From Candidatus Latescibacterota bacterium (lineage in GTDB: Bacteria; Latescibacterota; UBA2968; UBA8231), in assembly GCA_022820705.1 (NCBI GenBank), contig JAJEEZ010000645.1, positions 1-37,196 on the forward strand: a stretch of DNA of 37,196 nucleotides, read 5' to 3'. Shown piece by piece: positions 24,944-36,130 of this stretch (positions are counted from its first letter, which is position 1; the number at the start of each line of letters is the position of its first letter). The translations under genes and the position numbers were made by a program. The notes beneath the pieces are model-generated. The model searched no databases. It was not told the origin of the DNA and saw only the letters and a program-made list of their open reading frames with translations.

Positions 24944-25102
24944 TATGTGCCCTTTCTCGTTTGTCTTACAGAACTTAGACCCCTGCTCAAGCAGGGTCAA
25001 ACCAAGTTGCCGAGGGGAGGCCAGCCGGTATATTAGCCATCATGTTGTGCTTAGTAGTAGCTCTCGCGGCTGAGGCGCGCCCGCTGTTGGCCTTCCACCG
25101 CC
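24930..25102. repeat. Right copy of the ~174-bp direct repeat
   Basis: See the left copy. The offset is 3884 nt. Confidence 0.85.
24978..24998. promoter_or_regulatory. Second copy of the conserved intergenic stem-loop
   Basis: Sequence identical to 21094-21114. Confidence 0.35.
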
Positions 25103-25878
25103 TCCAAGGCGTGAGCGACCATCCCTATCGCATCTGCGCGGGCGAGCAGACACACCTGATTGTCTCCGGCGTCGGTAAAATAGCCGCCGCAGCAGCCACG
25201 GCGTACCTGCGTGCATTGATCGGCGATACACCGGCTGCTTGGCTCAATATCGGTATCGCCGGCCACGGCAGCCAAGCAGTGGGGACGCCTCTGCTAGCGC
25301 ATAAGATCGTGGACGCAGCCAGCGGCAAGCCCTTTTACCCCACCTTCACCGCGCCCCCGCCCTGTCGCACCACTTTGCTACATACCGTCGATCGCGCACA
25401 ACCAGCTACTGGCGACGTTGCGTACGACATGGAAGCCAGCGGCTTTTGCGAGGCCGCCCAGCGCTTTGCCACCAGCGAGCGAGTCCACTGCCTCAAGGTA
25501 GTATCCGACAACCCGCAATCTCCCTATCAGACACTTAATGCGGAGAAAGTGGAGGCGTTAATAGAAACGCAACTCGATGCGGTCGCCCAAGTTGGCGAAC
25601 ATTTGCGAGCACTCAGCCAGCAGCTTCACGCACTACACGCCGACCCGCCCGGCCTTGCCGAGCTAACCACCCGCTGGCAATTTACCACTACGCAACAGCA
25701 CCAGTTGCGCGGCTTGCTCGCACGTTGGCAGGCGCTGTCAAAGACGCCCATTGTCAACGACGACTTGCTGGCCTTGCAAAACCGCGACGAAGTATTAGCC
25801 CATCTTAAGCAGCGGCTAGACGAAGTGGAGTTTTTTCTTATTCCAGAAGCGACGAAAGATGCTCAGGCAAAAGCCTAA
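25042..25878 (+). CDS. PNP_UDP_1 family nucleosidase/phosphorylase (MTA-/futalosine-nucleosidase-like) with a ~85-aa C-terminal extension
   Basis: LVVALAAEARPL N-terminus, SGVGKIAAA, GIAG and YDMEASGF motifs. The helical tail (TTRWQFTTTQQHQLRGLLARWQ) is not part of the standard fold. Confidence 0.7.
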   Translation: MLCLVVALAAEARPLLAFHRLQGVSDHPYRICAGEQTHLIVSGVGKIAAAAATAYLRALIGDTPAAWLNIGIAGHGSQAVGTPLLAHKIVDAASGKPFYPTFTAPPPCRTTLLHTVDRAQPATGDVAYDMEASGFCEAAQRFATSERVHCLKVVSDNPQSPYQTLNAEKVEALIETQLDAVAQVGEHLRALSQQLHALHADPPGLAELTTRWQFTTTQQHQLRGLLARWQALSKTPIVNDDLLALQNRDEVLAHLKQRLDEVEFFLIPEATKDAQAKA

Positions 25879-25968
25879 CGACGGTTGGACAACTTGAAAA
25901 TAGCGTTGGCAAACGAATAATACGGCTCGTTTGTGCTTCATCTATACCTATCCTAAAGAAAGGAAACT

Positions 25969-26859
25969 GTGATGCCGCAAAAATTCTTGCTGTGGACGGT
26001 CGCCCTGCTCAGCTTCTACAGCCACGCCCTAGGCCAAGACGGCCCGTACATTCAGATGGGCTGGGGGATCGCCGTTGCTCCGGCGATGGACGTGAGGGGC
26101 ACCGACAACGACTGGAGCACCAAGTGCGACCGAATCATCAATCCGGACGGGTTAGAAGTGAGCGATGAATGCGATTCAGTGCCAGCCCCAACGGAATGGG
26201 AAAATGCGTTTGGCGGCGGCTCTGGAATCGGGTCGGGCTTCGCTCTTGGCTATCGCTGGGGAGCCTTCAGAATCGAGGGAGAGTACTTCCACCGCAGCAC
26301 GACCTACGACGAGCGCTCCGACATTGCCATCTTCGACGAAATAACCCTCGACAAGCAGGATCAGGAAATCGAATTGGCCATCGCCGGGATCGACAACTTG
26401 CAATCGCACAACCTGTTCGCCAACGCTTACTACGACTTTACCTTGGGACCGGCGCTAGTGTCGTACGCCGGGGCTGGAGCGGGGATGGCAAGCACATCGT
26501 TTTACTATTTTACTAATTGGAAGCGCAACGACGACCCCAGCCGGATTAGGACGTTTGCAGACCCGGATTTGAACGCGAAAATCGCCGGTTCAACCACGAT
26601 CGGCCAAGCGCGACTGACCGACCGCCGCATAGGCTATCAACTGCTCGTCGGCGCGGCCTATCAGATCGGCGATCGCGCCGCTTTGGATCTCAAGTTGCGC
26701 TGGATGACTTCCGGCGAGTTCGCAAGCGAAAAAACCGAGTGGGATCAACTGCGCAGCCACGACTCCACAGTGGGGCGCGGCGAGCCGATTCTATACACTA
26801 TTACCACGGACGACACCTCGTTCTGGGGAGCGGGCCTTAGCCTGCTATACCAGTTCTGA
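25969..26859 (+). CDS. Outer-membrane beta-barrel protein
   Basis: Signal peptide (LLSFYSHALG/QD), alternating beta-strand pattern, C-terminal LSLLYQF. The start could be ATG 25972. Confidence 0.75.
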   Translation: MMPQKFLLWTVALLSFYSHALGQDGPYIQMGWGIAVAPAMDVRGTDNDWSTKCDRIINPDGLEVSDECDSVPAPTEWENAFGGGSGIGSGFALGYRWGAFRIEGEYFHRSTTYDERSDIAIFDEITLDKQDQEIELAIAGIDNLQSHNLFANAYYDFTLGPALVSYAGAGAGMASTSFYYFTNWKRNDDPSRIRTFADPDLNAKIAGSTTIGQARLTDRRIGYQLLVGAAYQIGDRAALDLKLRWMTSGEFASEKTEWDQLRSHDSTVGRGEPILYTITTDDTSFWGAGLSLLYQF

Positions 26860-26884
26860 GGATCGCTTTAGCAAGGGAGGAGCT

Positions 26885-27673
26885 ATGATCAGCGCCGAAC
26901 AATTAAGGACCTTTGAGGAACGGGGCGCTGTCACCATTGACACGCCTTTGACGACCGAAGAAATCGCCGCGGCCGCGGCCGCCATCGACGCACTACTGCC
27001 TTTTAAACCAGCCGAACCGGACCAGGCACCGCGTTTTCGCTACGGAGCGACCTGCAATTACTACGAGCCGGCCCTACTGGACCTGATCCAGCATCCCTTC
27101 TTTGAAGCGGTCGCCAAACGAGTATTGCGAGCCGATGCGATCCGCTTTTTCCAGACGGCGATTGTGGCTTCTTATCCCCAGCCGGAAAGCGAGTTCAGCT
27201 ACGACCAGCACACCGATATCCAGTACAGCTTGGCGGATTGGGCTGCGACGCCACGGCGGGTCGTATGCAGTTTTTTTCTGTGGTTGACCGATGTCAATGA
27301 GCAGCGGGCACCGATGATGCACCGACCCGGCAGCCACCGCCTAGTAGCTGCCGCGCGTTCGGTCGATCCAGTGCTGAAAGACGCGATGCCGGGAGTCCAG
27401 GGCATCAAAATGGTGGACCTGCCGCCGGAATACGCTGCGCCGCAGCCGGTTTTGGCACAAGCGGGACAGGTAACAGTGCTGACGACGTCCATGGTCCACG
27501 GCGGATCGACCAATATAGACGACGAGCCGCGCAAGGCGCTGGTTATGACCTATACTGCGGCGGGAGTCGCGATCGGCCTACCCGAAAATCAGGCGGCGAC
27601 CAAGCGAGAATACGACGCCAAACTAAGAGAGCTTCTGCGGCCCGAGCGGGCGCATCTAGTAGCTGAGGACTAG
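26885..27673 (+). CDS. Phytanoyl-CoA dioxygenase (PhyH) family Fe(II)/2-oxoglutarate oxygenase
   Basis: N-terminal LRTFEERGAVTI, HTD (HxD), a distal VHGGSTN His, and SD GGGAGGAG. Confidence 0.8.
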   Translation: MISAEQLRTFEERGAVTIDTPLTTEEIAAAAAAIDALLPFKPAEPDQAPRFRYGATCNYYEPALLDLIQHPFFEAVAKRVLRADAIRFFQTAIVASYPQPESEFSYDQHTDIQYSLADWAATPRRVVCSFFLWLTDVNEQRAPMMHRPGSHRLVAAARSVDPVLKDAMPGVQGIKMVDLPPEYAAPQPVLAQAGQVTVLTTSMVHGGSTNIDDEPRKALVMTYTAAGVAIGLPENQAATKREYDAKLRELLRPERAHLVAED

Positions 27674-27680
27674 AAAAATA

Positions 27681-28574
27681 TTAGCCGAGGTCTCGCCGTC
27701 GGGCCTGAAATCGCTCGGCATACACCATACCGAGCACGCCGGCCAAGATCAAAATCCCACCGCCAGTCAAGCTCCAAGTCACTGGCTCCCCCAAGACCCA
27801 GTGGGCCAGCGCGATCTGCCCGATGGGTGCTGTAGCAGTCAGCGTACCGACCAGCACGGCACTGAGCCGCTTCATGCCCTCCGAGACCAAAACAAACGCA
27901 CAGCCCGTGGCCAACACGCCCAGCACGAGCACTATAATCCACGTGGCCGCCGTCGGCTCCGAGTGCAATTGAAAATGAGTCGCGGCGAGTGCGCCCGTGA
28001 CCACTACACCCATCGTCATCATTGGGGCCAGTATCGCCGCGGTTCCCACCCGCTGTGCAAGTGCCTTGTTGGCGAGCGCGTAGATTCCCCAACCCAACCC
28101 CGCCAACAGCATCAGCACATTGCCCAGTACATAGCGCGGTGCAAACAGGTGGCCCACATCCTCGCGTGCCCCCACGATCACCGCGACTCCAGCCAGCACC
28201 AGCGCCATCCCCACCATTTTCCCTATACCCAACCGCTCGCGCAGCACGACGACGGCCAGCACCGTCAGCGCGACGTATTGCACCTGGACGACCAACGAGC
28301 CAGCGCTGGCCGTGGTATAACTCAGTGCCAACGCATAGAGCGAGAAGTTCAGGCTCATGCCCAGCCCCCCGATCACATGCCACCAAGACCATTGAATGTC
28401 CCGCAGGGTATGGCCGCGCGCGAAAAAGGCGGCCGACACGACCGCCGCACCTTGCAGCAACCGGAGAAAGGCGATCGTGAACGGATCAAAAACGGGAAAT
28501 AGCAGTTTCACCAGCACCGGGATGACGCTCCACAACGCAAACACCCCCAGCATACACAGTATCCCAATCCCCAT
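27681..28574 (-). CDS. DMT superfamily (EamA-like) transporter
   Basis: About 10 hydrophobic helices in a duplicated EamA layout; 297 aa. Confidence 0.85.
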   Translation of the reverse strand: MGIGILCMLGVFALWSVIPVLVKLLFPVFDPFTIAFLRLLQGAAVVSAAFFARGHTLRDIQWSWWHVIGGLGMSLNFSLYALALSYTTASAGSLVVQVQYVALTVLAVVVLRERLGIGKMVGMALVLAGVAVIVGAREDVGHLFAPRYVLGNVLMLLAGLGWGIYALANKALAQRVGTAAILAPMMTMGVVVTGALAATHFQLHSEPTAATWIIVLVLGVLATGCAFVLVSEGMKRLSAVLVGTLTATAPIGQIALAHWVLGEPVTWSLTGGGILILAGVLGMVYAERFQARRRDLG

Positions 28575-28723
28575 CCTGCCGATCCCTCTTCTATAAGTAG
28601 GGTGCTAGTCCTCGACGTTGACGCCCAAAGGCGCGGCGAAGCGCGGGAATGCCGTCGGTCACTTCCGCGCTTCACCTTGCGGAAGCTCGATGTATTTCCC
28701 CGTATCTATCTAAATCAAGGAAG

Positions 28724-28999
28724 CTACTGGGTGATAGCAAGCCGGACGTTCAGTGTATCCAGCACTCTAAAGAGCGTGTCAATCCGCGGGTTGCCCTCGC
28801 TGGATAGCGCCCGGTACAACGCCTGCCGCCCCAGACCGCTGGCTTCGGCGATGGAGGACATCCCCTTGGCCCGGGCGACATTGCCGAGAGCCTTGGCGAA
28901 GTACTTCGGATCGTTTTCTTCTAGCGCTATGTTGAGGTATTCAATCAACGCCTCATCGTTGTCGAGAAAATCGATTACGTCGAATTTTTTGAGCTTCAT
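28724..28999 (-). CDS. HigA-family addiction-module antidote protein (HTH)
   Basis: MKLKKFDVIDFLDNDEALIEYLNIALEENDP...MSSIAEASGLGRQALYRALS...LDTLNVRL. A strong SD AAGGAGG lies 4 nt before ATG 28999. Confidence 0.8.
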   Translation of the reverse strand: MKLKKFDVIDFLDNDEALIEYLNIALEENDPKYFAKALGNVARAKGMSSIAEASGLGRQALYRALSSEGNPRIDTLFRVLDTLNVRLAITQ

Positions 29000-29050
29000 G
29001 ATGCCTCCTTTGAGCCAAGTCTCAAAGACCTCGGTATAGACGATTTCCAT
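29000..29050 (-). pseudogene. Remnant (about 17 codons) of the cognate RelE/ParE-type killer gene, fused in frame to the antitoxin
   Basis: MEIVYTEVFETWLKGGI resembles the N-terminal signature (T..F..WL) of the killer proteins paired with this antidote family. This assignment is from memory only. Confidence 0.35.
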
Positions 29051-29057
29051 AGTCGCA

Positions 29058-29077
29058 ATGTCCCTTTTTGAGGACAT
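29058..29077. promoter_or_regulatory. Palindrome ATGTCC-N8-GGACAT just upstream of the TA remnant (operator or RBS hairpin candidate)
   Basis: Perfect 6-bp inverted arms read directly. They lie in the AT-rich divergent region between the TA remnant and the SPL-like gene. Confidence 0.35.
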
Positions 29078-29164
29078 ATTGTCAAGTAGATTCTTACGTA
29101 TGACGGATCCCTTGTTTATACTTGTCTGTGGAAATCGTTTAGATTCGTCACCTGTTTGCTGCCC

Positions 29165-30172
29165 ATGTTCGATTTCATCTACGCCGAAGAGTCCATCCGC
29201 GACCACCCGCGCACCCGCGCCCTGCTGGACCGCTTCCCCCGCGCTCAGCTAGTCCCCTGCGCCCGCTACGGCGAGGTCTTCAACCGCACGGCGCAAAACT
29301 TCCGCCTGCAAAAACGCCGTCCCGCGCTCATCCTCGCCCACAAGGCCGGGCGGCGCGTCCTTCCCGCCCCCGACGGCTACGGCATCGGCGGCGAGCGCAA
29401 CTACTATTTTTCGCACCTGCTCAACTGCCCCTACGACTGCCGCTACTGCTTCCTCCAAGGCCTGTACCGCTCGGCGCACCTAGTCCTCTTTGTCAACTAC
29501 GAAGACTTCCAGCAGGACATCGCCGCGCACATCGCTGCGGACGCGCCCGACACGCCCTATTTCTTCTCCGGCTACGACTGCGACAGCCTTGCATTAGAAG
29601 GCATTACCCGTTTTACAGCCGACTTCCTCCCTTTCTTTGCCGACCATCCGCAAGCGTACTTTGAACTGCGCACCAAGAGTGTGCGCATAAAAACCCTACT
29701 CGCCACCGAGCCCCTGCCCAACTGCGTCGTCGCCTTCAGCATGACCCCGCCGGCGCTTGCCGACCAATTCGAGTTCGGCGCGCCACCGGTGGCCCGACGT
29801 TTGGAGGCCATAGCCGCCCTGCAAGAACGCGGCTGGCCCATTGGGCTGCGCTTTGATCCGCTGCTCTACGACCGCGCCTACGAGGAGCGCTACCGCGACC
29901 TGTTCGCCCTCGTGTTCTCCAAGGTGCGCCGCAACGGTCTGCACTCAGTCAGCCTAGGCCAATTCCGCCTGCCGCAGGGCATGTACAAAACCATGCACAA
30001 GCTCTACCCAGACGAAAAACTCCTCGCCTATGGCTTGGAAGAAAAAGACGGCATGGTCTCCTACCGGCCCGCCTTGGCCCAAAAGCTACACGACTTTTGC
30101 GCGGATCAATTGCTCCAGTACATTCCCGCCGAGCTTTTCTTTCCCTGCCCCTCCACCACCCTACAGGTCTGA
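29165..30172 (+). CDS. Spore-photoproduct-lyase-like (SPL family) radical SAM protein
   Basis: Radical SAM CPYDCRYC cluster motif, N-terminal FDFIYAEE...HPRT and overall length. ATG 29165 is preferred over TTG 29156. Confidence 0.8.
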   Translation: MFDFIYAEESIRDHPRTRALLDRFPRAQLVPCARYGEVFNRTAQNFRLQKRRPALILAHKAGRRVLPAPDGYGIGGERNYYFSHLLNCPYDCRYCFLQGLYRSAHLVLFVNYEDFQQDIAAHIAADAPDTPYFFSGYDCDSLALEGITRFTADFLPFFADHPQAYFELRTKSVRIKTLLATEPLPNCVVAFSMTPPALADQFEFGAPPVARRLEAIAALQERGWPIGLRFDPLLYDRAYEERYRDLFALVFSKVRRNGLHSVSLGQFRLPQGMYKTMHKLYPDEKLLAYGLEEKDGMVSYRPALAQKLHDFCADQLLQYIPAELFFPCPSTTLQV

Positions 30173-30173
30173 T

Positions 30174-30884
30174 ATGCGCGTCTTAGTCACCGGGGCCAGT
30201 TCCGGCATTGGCCGCGCCGTCTGTGAGAAGCTGCTCGCCAACGGCCATCGCGCCATCGGTATTGCCCGCGATTTCGGCAAGTTTTCCTGCGATGACCGCC
30301 GATTTAAAGCGCACGAAATTGACCTCGCCGACCTCGACCAGCTTCCCGACCATCTACAAAACCTCGTCGCCACCTACTCGGCTCTCGACGCCCTAGTCCT
30401 CAACGCCGGTGTAGGTCGCTTCGGCACCCTAGAGCAATTCTCCTACGAGCAAATCCGCGCCCTAATTGACCTCAACTTGACCAGTCACGTTTTCGTCGCC
30501 CGCGCTTTCCTTCCCTCCCTCAAAAAAGCTGGGCGCGGACACTTGGTCTTTATGGGTTCGGAAGCCGCACTCATCGGCACGGCTCAAGGCAGCTTGTACT
30601 GCGCGGCCAAGTTCGCTCTGCGCGGCCTCGCCCAAGCCCTGCGCGCCGAGTGCGCCCGTGCTGGCATCCGCGTCACGTTGGTCAATCCCGGCATGGTCCA
30701 GTCGCCCTTTTTCGACGAATTGGATTTCCGCCCCGGCCCAGAGTCCGACAACTACATTTTGCCGGAAGACGTCGCCGAGGTCATCGTCCAAGCTCTGACG
30801 GCGCGCGACGGCACAGTACTCGACGAAATCAACCTCTCGCCGCAAAAAAAAGTGATCGAGTTTGGCGCGCGGAAGAAAAAGTAA
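30174..30884 (+). CDS. Short-chain dehydrogenase/reductase (SDR)
   Basis: MRVLVTGASSGIGRA, NAG, YCAAK. The ATG lies 1 nt after the SPL stop. Confidence 0.85.
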   Translation: MRVLVTGASSGIGRAVCEKLLANGHRAIGIARDFGKFSCDDRRFKAHEIDLADLDQLPDHLQNLVATYSALDALVLNAGVGRFGTLEQFSYEQIRALIDLNLTSHVFVARAFLPSLKKAGRGHLVFMGSEAALIGTAQGSLYCAAKFALRGLAQALRAECARAGIRVTLVNPGMVQSPFFDELDFRPGPESDNYILPEDVAEVIVQALTARDGTVLDEINLSPQKKVIEFGARKKK

Positions 30885-30939
30885 CCGGCGCTTGCTGTTT
30901 GGTGTTTAACCTGTACCCATCGCAAGAAAGCCAACGGCC

Positions 30940-31734
30940 ATGCTCCAACGCACCTTCCTCGTCCTGCTCATCGCCGCCTGTACCCTCTCGTCCGGCTGCG
31001 CCACGGTCCGCCGCTAGCTGGGTTACTCCCTGATTTCCGACAAAACCGAAATCAAACTCGGCGCGAAGTTCGCCGCCCAAATCGAAGCCCAACAACGCCT
31101 TCACCCCGACCGCGGCCTCCAGTCCTACATCCAGCGCGTCACCAAGGCCCTACTTCCCCCAGCCATAGAAGACCGCCCCGGCATCCGCTACCGCGTTAAG
31201 GTCCTCGACGACCCCAAACAAATAAACGCCTTCGCCGTCCTCGGCGGCTATCTCTACGTCTATAGCGGCCTACTGCTGATCGCTGAAGACGAGGCCGAAA
31301 TCGCCGGAGTCCTCGCCCACGAGATCGGCCACATCGTCGGCCGCCACTCTGCCAACCAACTCGCCGCCCGCTTCGGCATGGACTTCCTCACCAGCCTCGC
31401 CCTCGGCGAAGATCCCTACCAACTTGGCCAAATCGCCTCCCAACTCGGCAGTGCCCGCTTCAGCCGCGACGACGAGCGCGAGGCCGATACCTTCGGCGTC
31501 CGCTACGCCATCGAGGCTGGGTACGATCCGCGCGGCCTGCTGCGCTTTTTTGAAAAACTGAAAAAGCTCGAAGCGCACCGGCGTTCTGATTTAGAAAAGC
31601 TCTTCGCCAGTCATCCGCCTACCGGTGAGCGGATCCGCCGCATCGAGCGTCTGATCGACCAGTACGGAGCCAGCGGGGGGCAGCGCCACCGCGCGCGATT
31701 TGTGCGCGAGACCGCCGTTTTGCGGTGCAAGTAG
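30940..31734 (+). pseudogene. M48 family metallopeptidase (lipoprotein) interrupted by an in-frame TAG at 31015-31017
   Basis: Signal peptide and lipobox (LLIAACTLSSGC), then TAG, then the same frame continues LGYSLISDKTEIKLG...LAHEIGHIVGRH...EADTFGVRYAIEAGYDP to the stop at 31734. Confidence 0.8.
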
Positions 31735-31804
31735 CGCTCCTATTGTCCCAGTTCAATCCAATTCCTACTTTCTTGGCGGTTTCTCACTCCGCTAAGGAAA
31801 TTAA

Positions 31805-32815
31805 ATGTTCCGTGTCTTCCTCCTGCTCCTGACTTTGCTGCCCAGTGCGCTCCTAGGCCAAGAGCGCCCGCCAACGCCGGTCATCGTCGCCGAGGTCCTC
31901 GAACAACCGCTTGTCGAAGACCTCTCCTTTGTCGGGCGCATCCTGCCCATGCGCTCCAGCCGCGTCGCCGCCGAGACCGAGGGGCGAGTACTAAGGCGCT
32001 TCGCGGAAGCCGGCCAAACCGTGCGCGGCGGCGATCCCCTCTTTGAATTAGCCAACGATCCACTCCAAGCCTCGCTGGCCGAAGCGCAGGCCGATTTTGA
32101 ACTGCGCCAGTTTAACTACGACCGCAGCCGCCAGTTGCGCGCCACCGACGCGGTCTCCGAGCAAGACCTGCGCGACGACGCCTACGAACTGGCCCGCGCC
32201 CGTGCCAAGCTAGCCGGCCTCCAAGCGCAAGTAGAAGACCTCTTCGTCCGCGCCCCCTTCTCCGGGCACATCATCCAGACCTTTACCGAGGTCGGCCAAT
32301 GGGTCGGGCGCGGCGGCGAGATTGTCCAAGTAATCTCCATCGACACCGTCCGCGTGTACGTCGATGTGCCCGAACGCTACGTGTCGCAGCTCACCTTGGG
32401 CGATCGCGCCGACATCTTCGTCGATGCCCTCGGCGGCGACCCCATTGCCGGCCTCGTGGCCGTCATCCTCGCCGAGGGCTACGCATCCTCCCACACCTTC
32501 CCGGTCGTCGTTGGTGCTCTCAACCCAGAGGGCCGGATGCGCAGCAATATGTCCGCGCGCGTGCGCTTCCAGATCGCACAACCTCAGACCTCGATTCTGG
32601 TGCACAAGGACGCCCTAGTCTCCGGCCCACAAGGACAGGTCGTGTACCTTGCCCGCGACGGCAAGGCCGTCAGCCGCCCCGTCGAAACCGGGCTGGCGCA
32701 CAAGGGCTACGTAGCCGTTACCGGCGAACTCGCGCCTGGCGACCTCGCGGTGGTGCGCGGCAACGAGCGGCTGATGGACGGCCAAGCCGTGCGCATCATC
32801 CGCCGGCAGCCATAA
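31805..32815 (+). CDS. RND efflux periplasmic adaptor (membrane fusion protein)
   Basis: Signal sequence, coiled-coil hairpin (LAEAQADFELRQFNYDRSRQL) and lipoyl/beta-barrel segments. It lies directly upstream of the RND permease. Confidence 0.85.
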   Translation: MFRVFLLLLTLLPSALLGQERPPTPVIVAEVLEQPLVEDLSFVGRILPMRSSRVAAETEGRVLRRFAEAGQTVRGGDPLFELANDPLQASLAEAQADFELRQFNYDRSRQLRATDAVSEQDLRDDAYELARARAKLAGLQAQVEDLFVRAPFSGHIIQTFTEVGQWVGRGGEIVQVISIDTVRVYVDVPERYVSQLTLGDRADIFVDALGGDPIAGLVAVILAEGYASSHTFPVVVGALNPEGRMRSNMSARVRFQIAQPQTSILVHKDALVSGPQGQVVYLARDGKAVSRPVETGLAHKGYVAVTGELAPGDLAVVRGNERLMDGQAVRIIRRQP

Positions 32816-32821
32816 TCCGCC

Positions 32822-35980
<3,159 letters not shown>

Positions 35981-36052
35981 CGTCTGATCGGGGTTCACCC
36001 GTTGTATTGCCACCACTGGCCGTTGACGAGCTCCGGACCTTTCGTGTGAATG

Positions 36053-36061
36053 TGATACAAT
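36053..36061 (+). promoter_or_regulatory. Extended -10-like element TGATACAAT
   Basis: Same GATACAAT core as at 1023-1030, 70 nt upstream of ATG 36131. There is no convincing -35. Confidence 0.2.
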
Positions 36062-36130
36062 GCCCGGTTTGCAGGGGCAGGTGAAGATCATCGCCGCACT
36101 CACCCGGCACCTTTCCATTCGGAGACATTC

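Noticed and set aside
30030-30173. 48-codon N-terminal extension of the SDR ORF
   Set aside because: It lies within the SPL-like gene in another frame. The SDR Rossmann motif starts right at ATG 30174.
31015-31017. Stop-codon reassignment or programmed readthrough as a common explanation for the in-frame stops
   Set aside because: TAG and TAA are both used as ordinary terminators by neighbouring well-supported genes. The MlrC-like gene contains both TAG and TAA, so independent disruptions or errors are more parsimonious.
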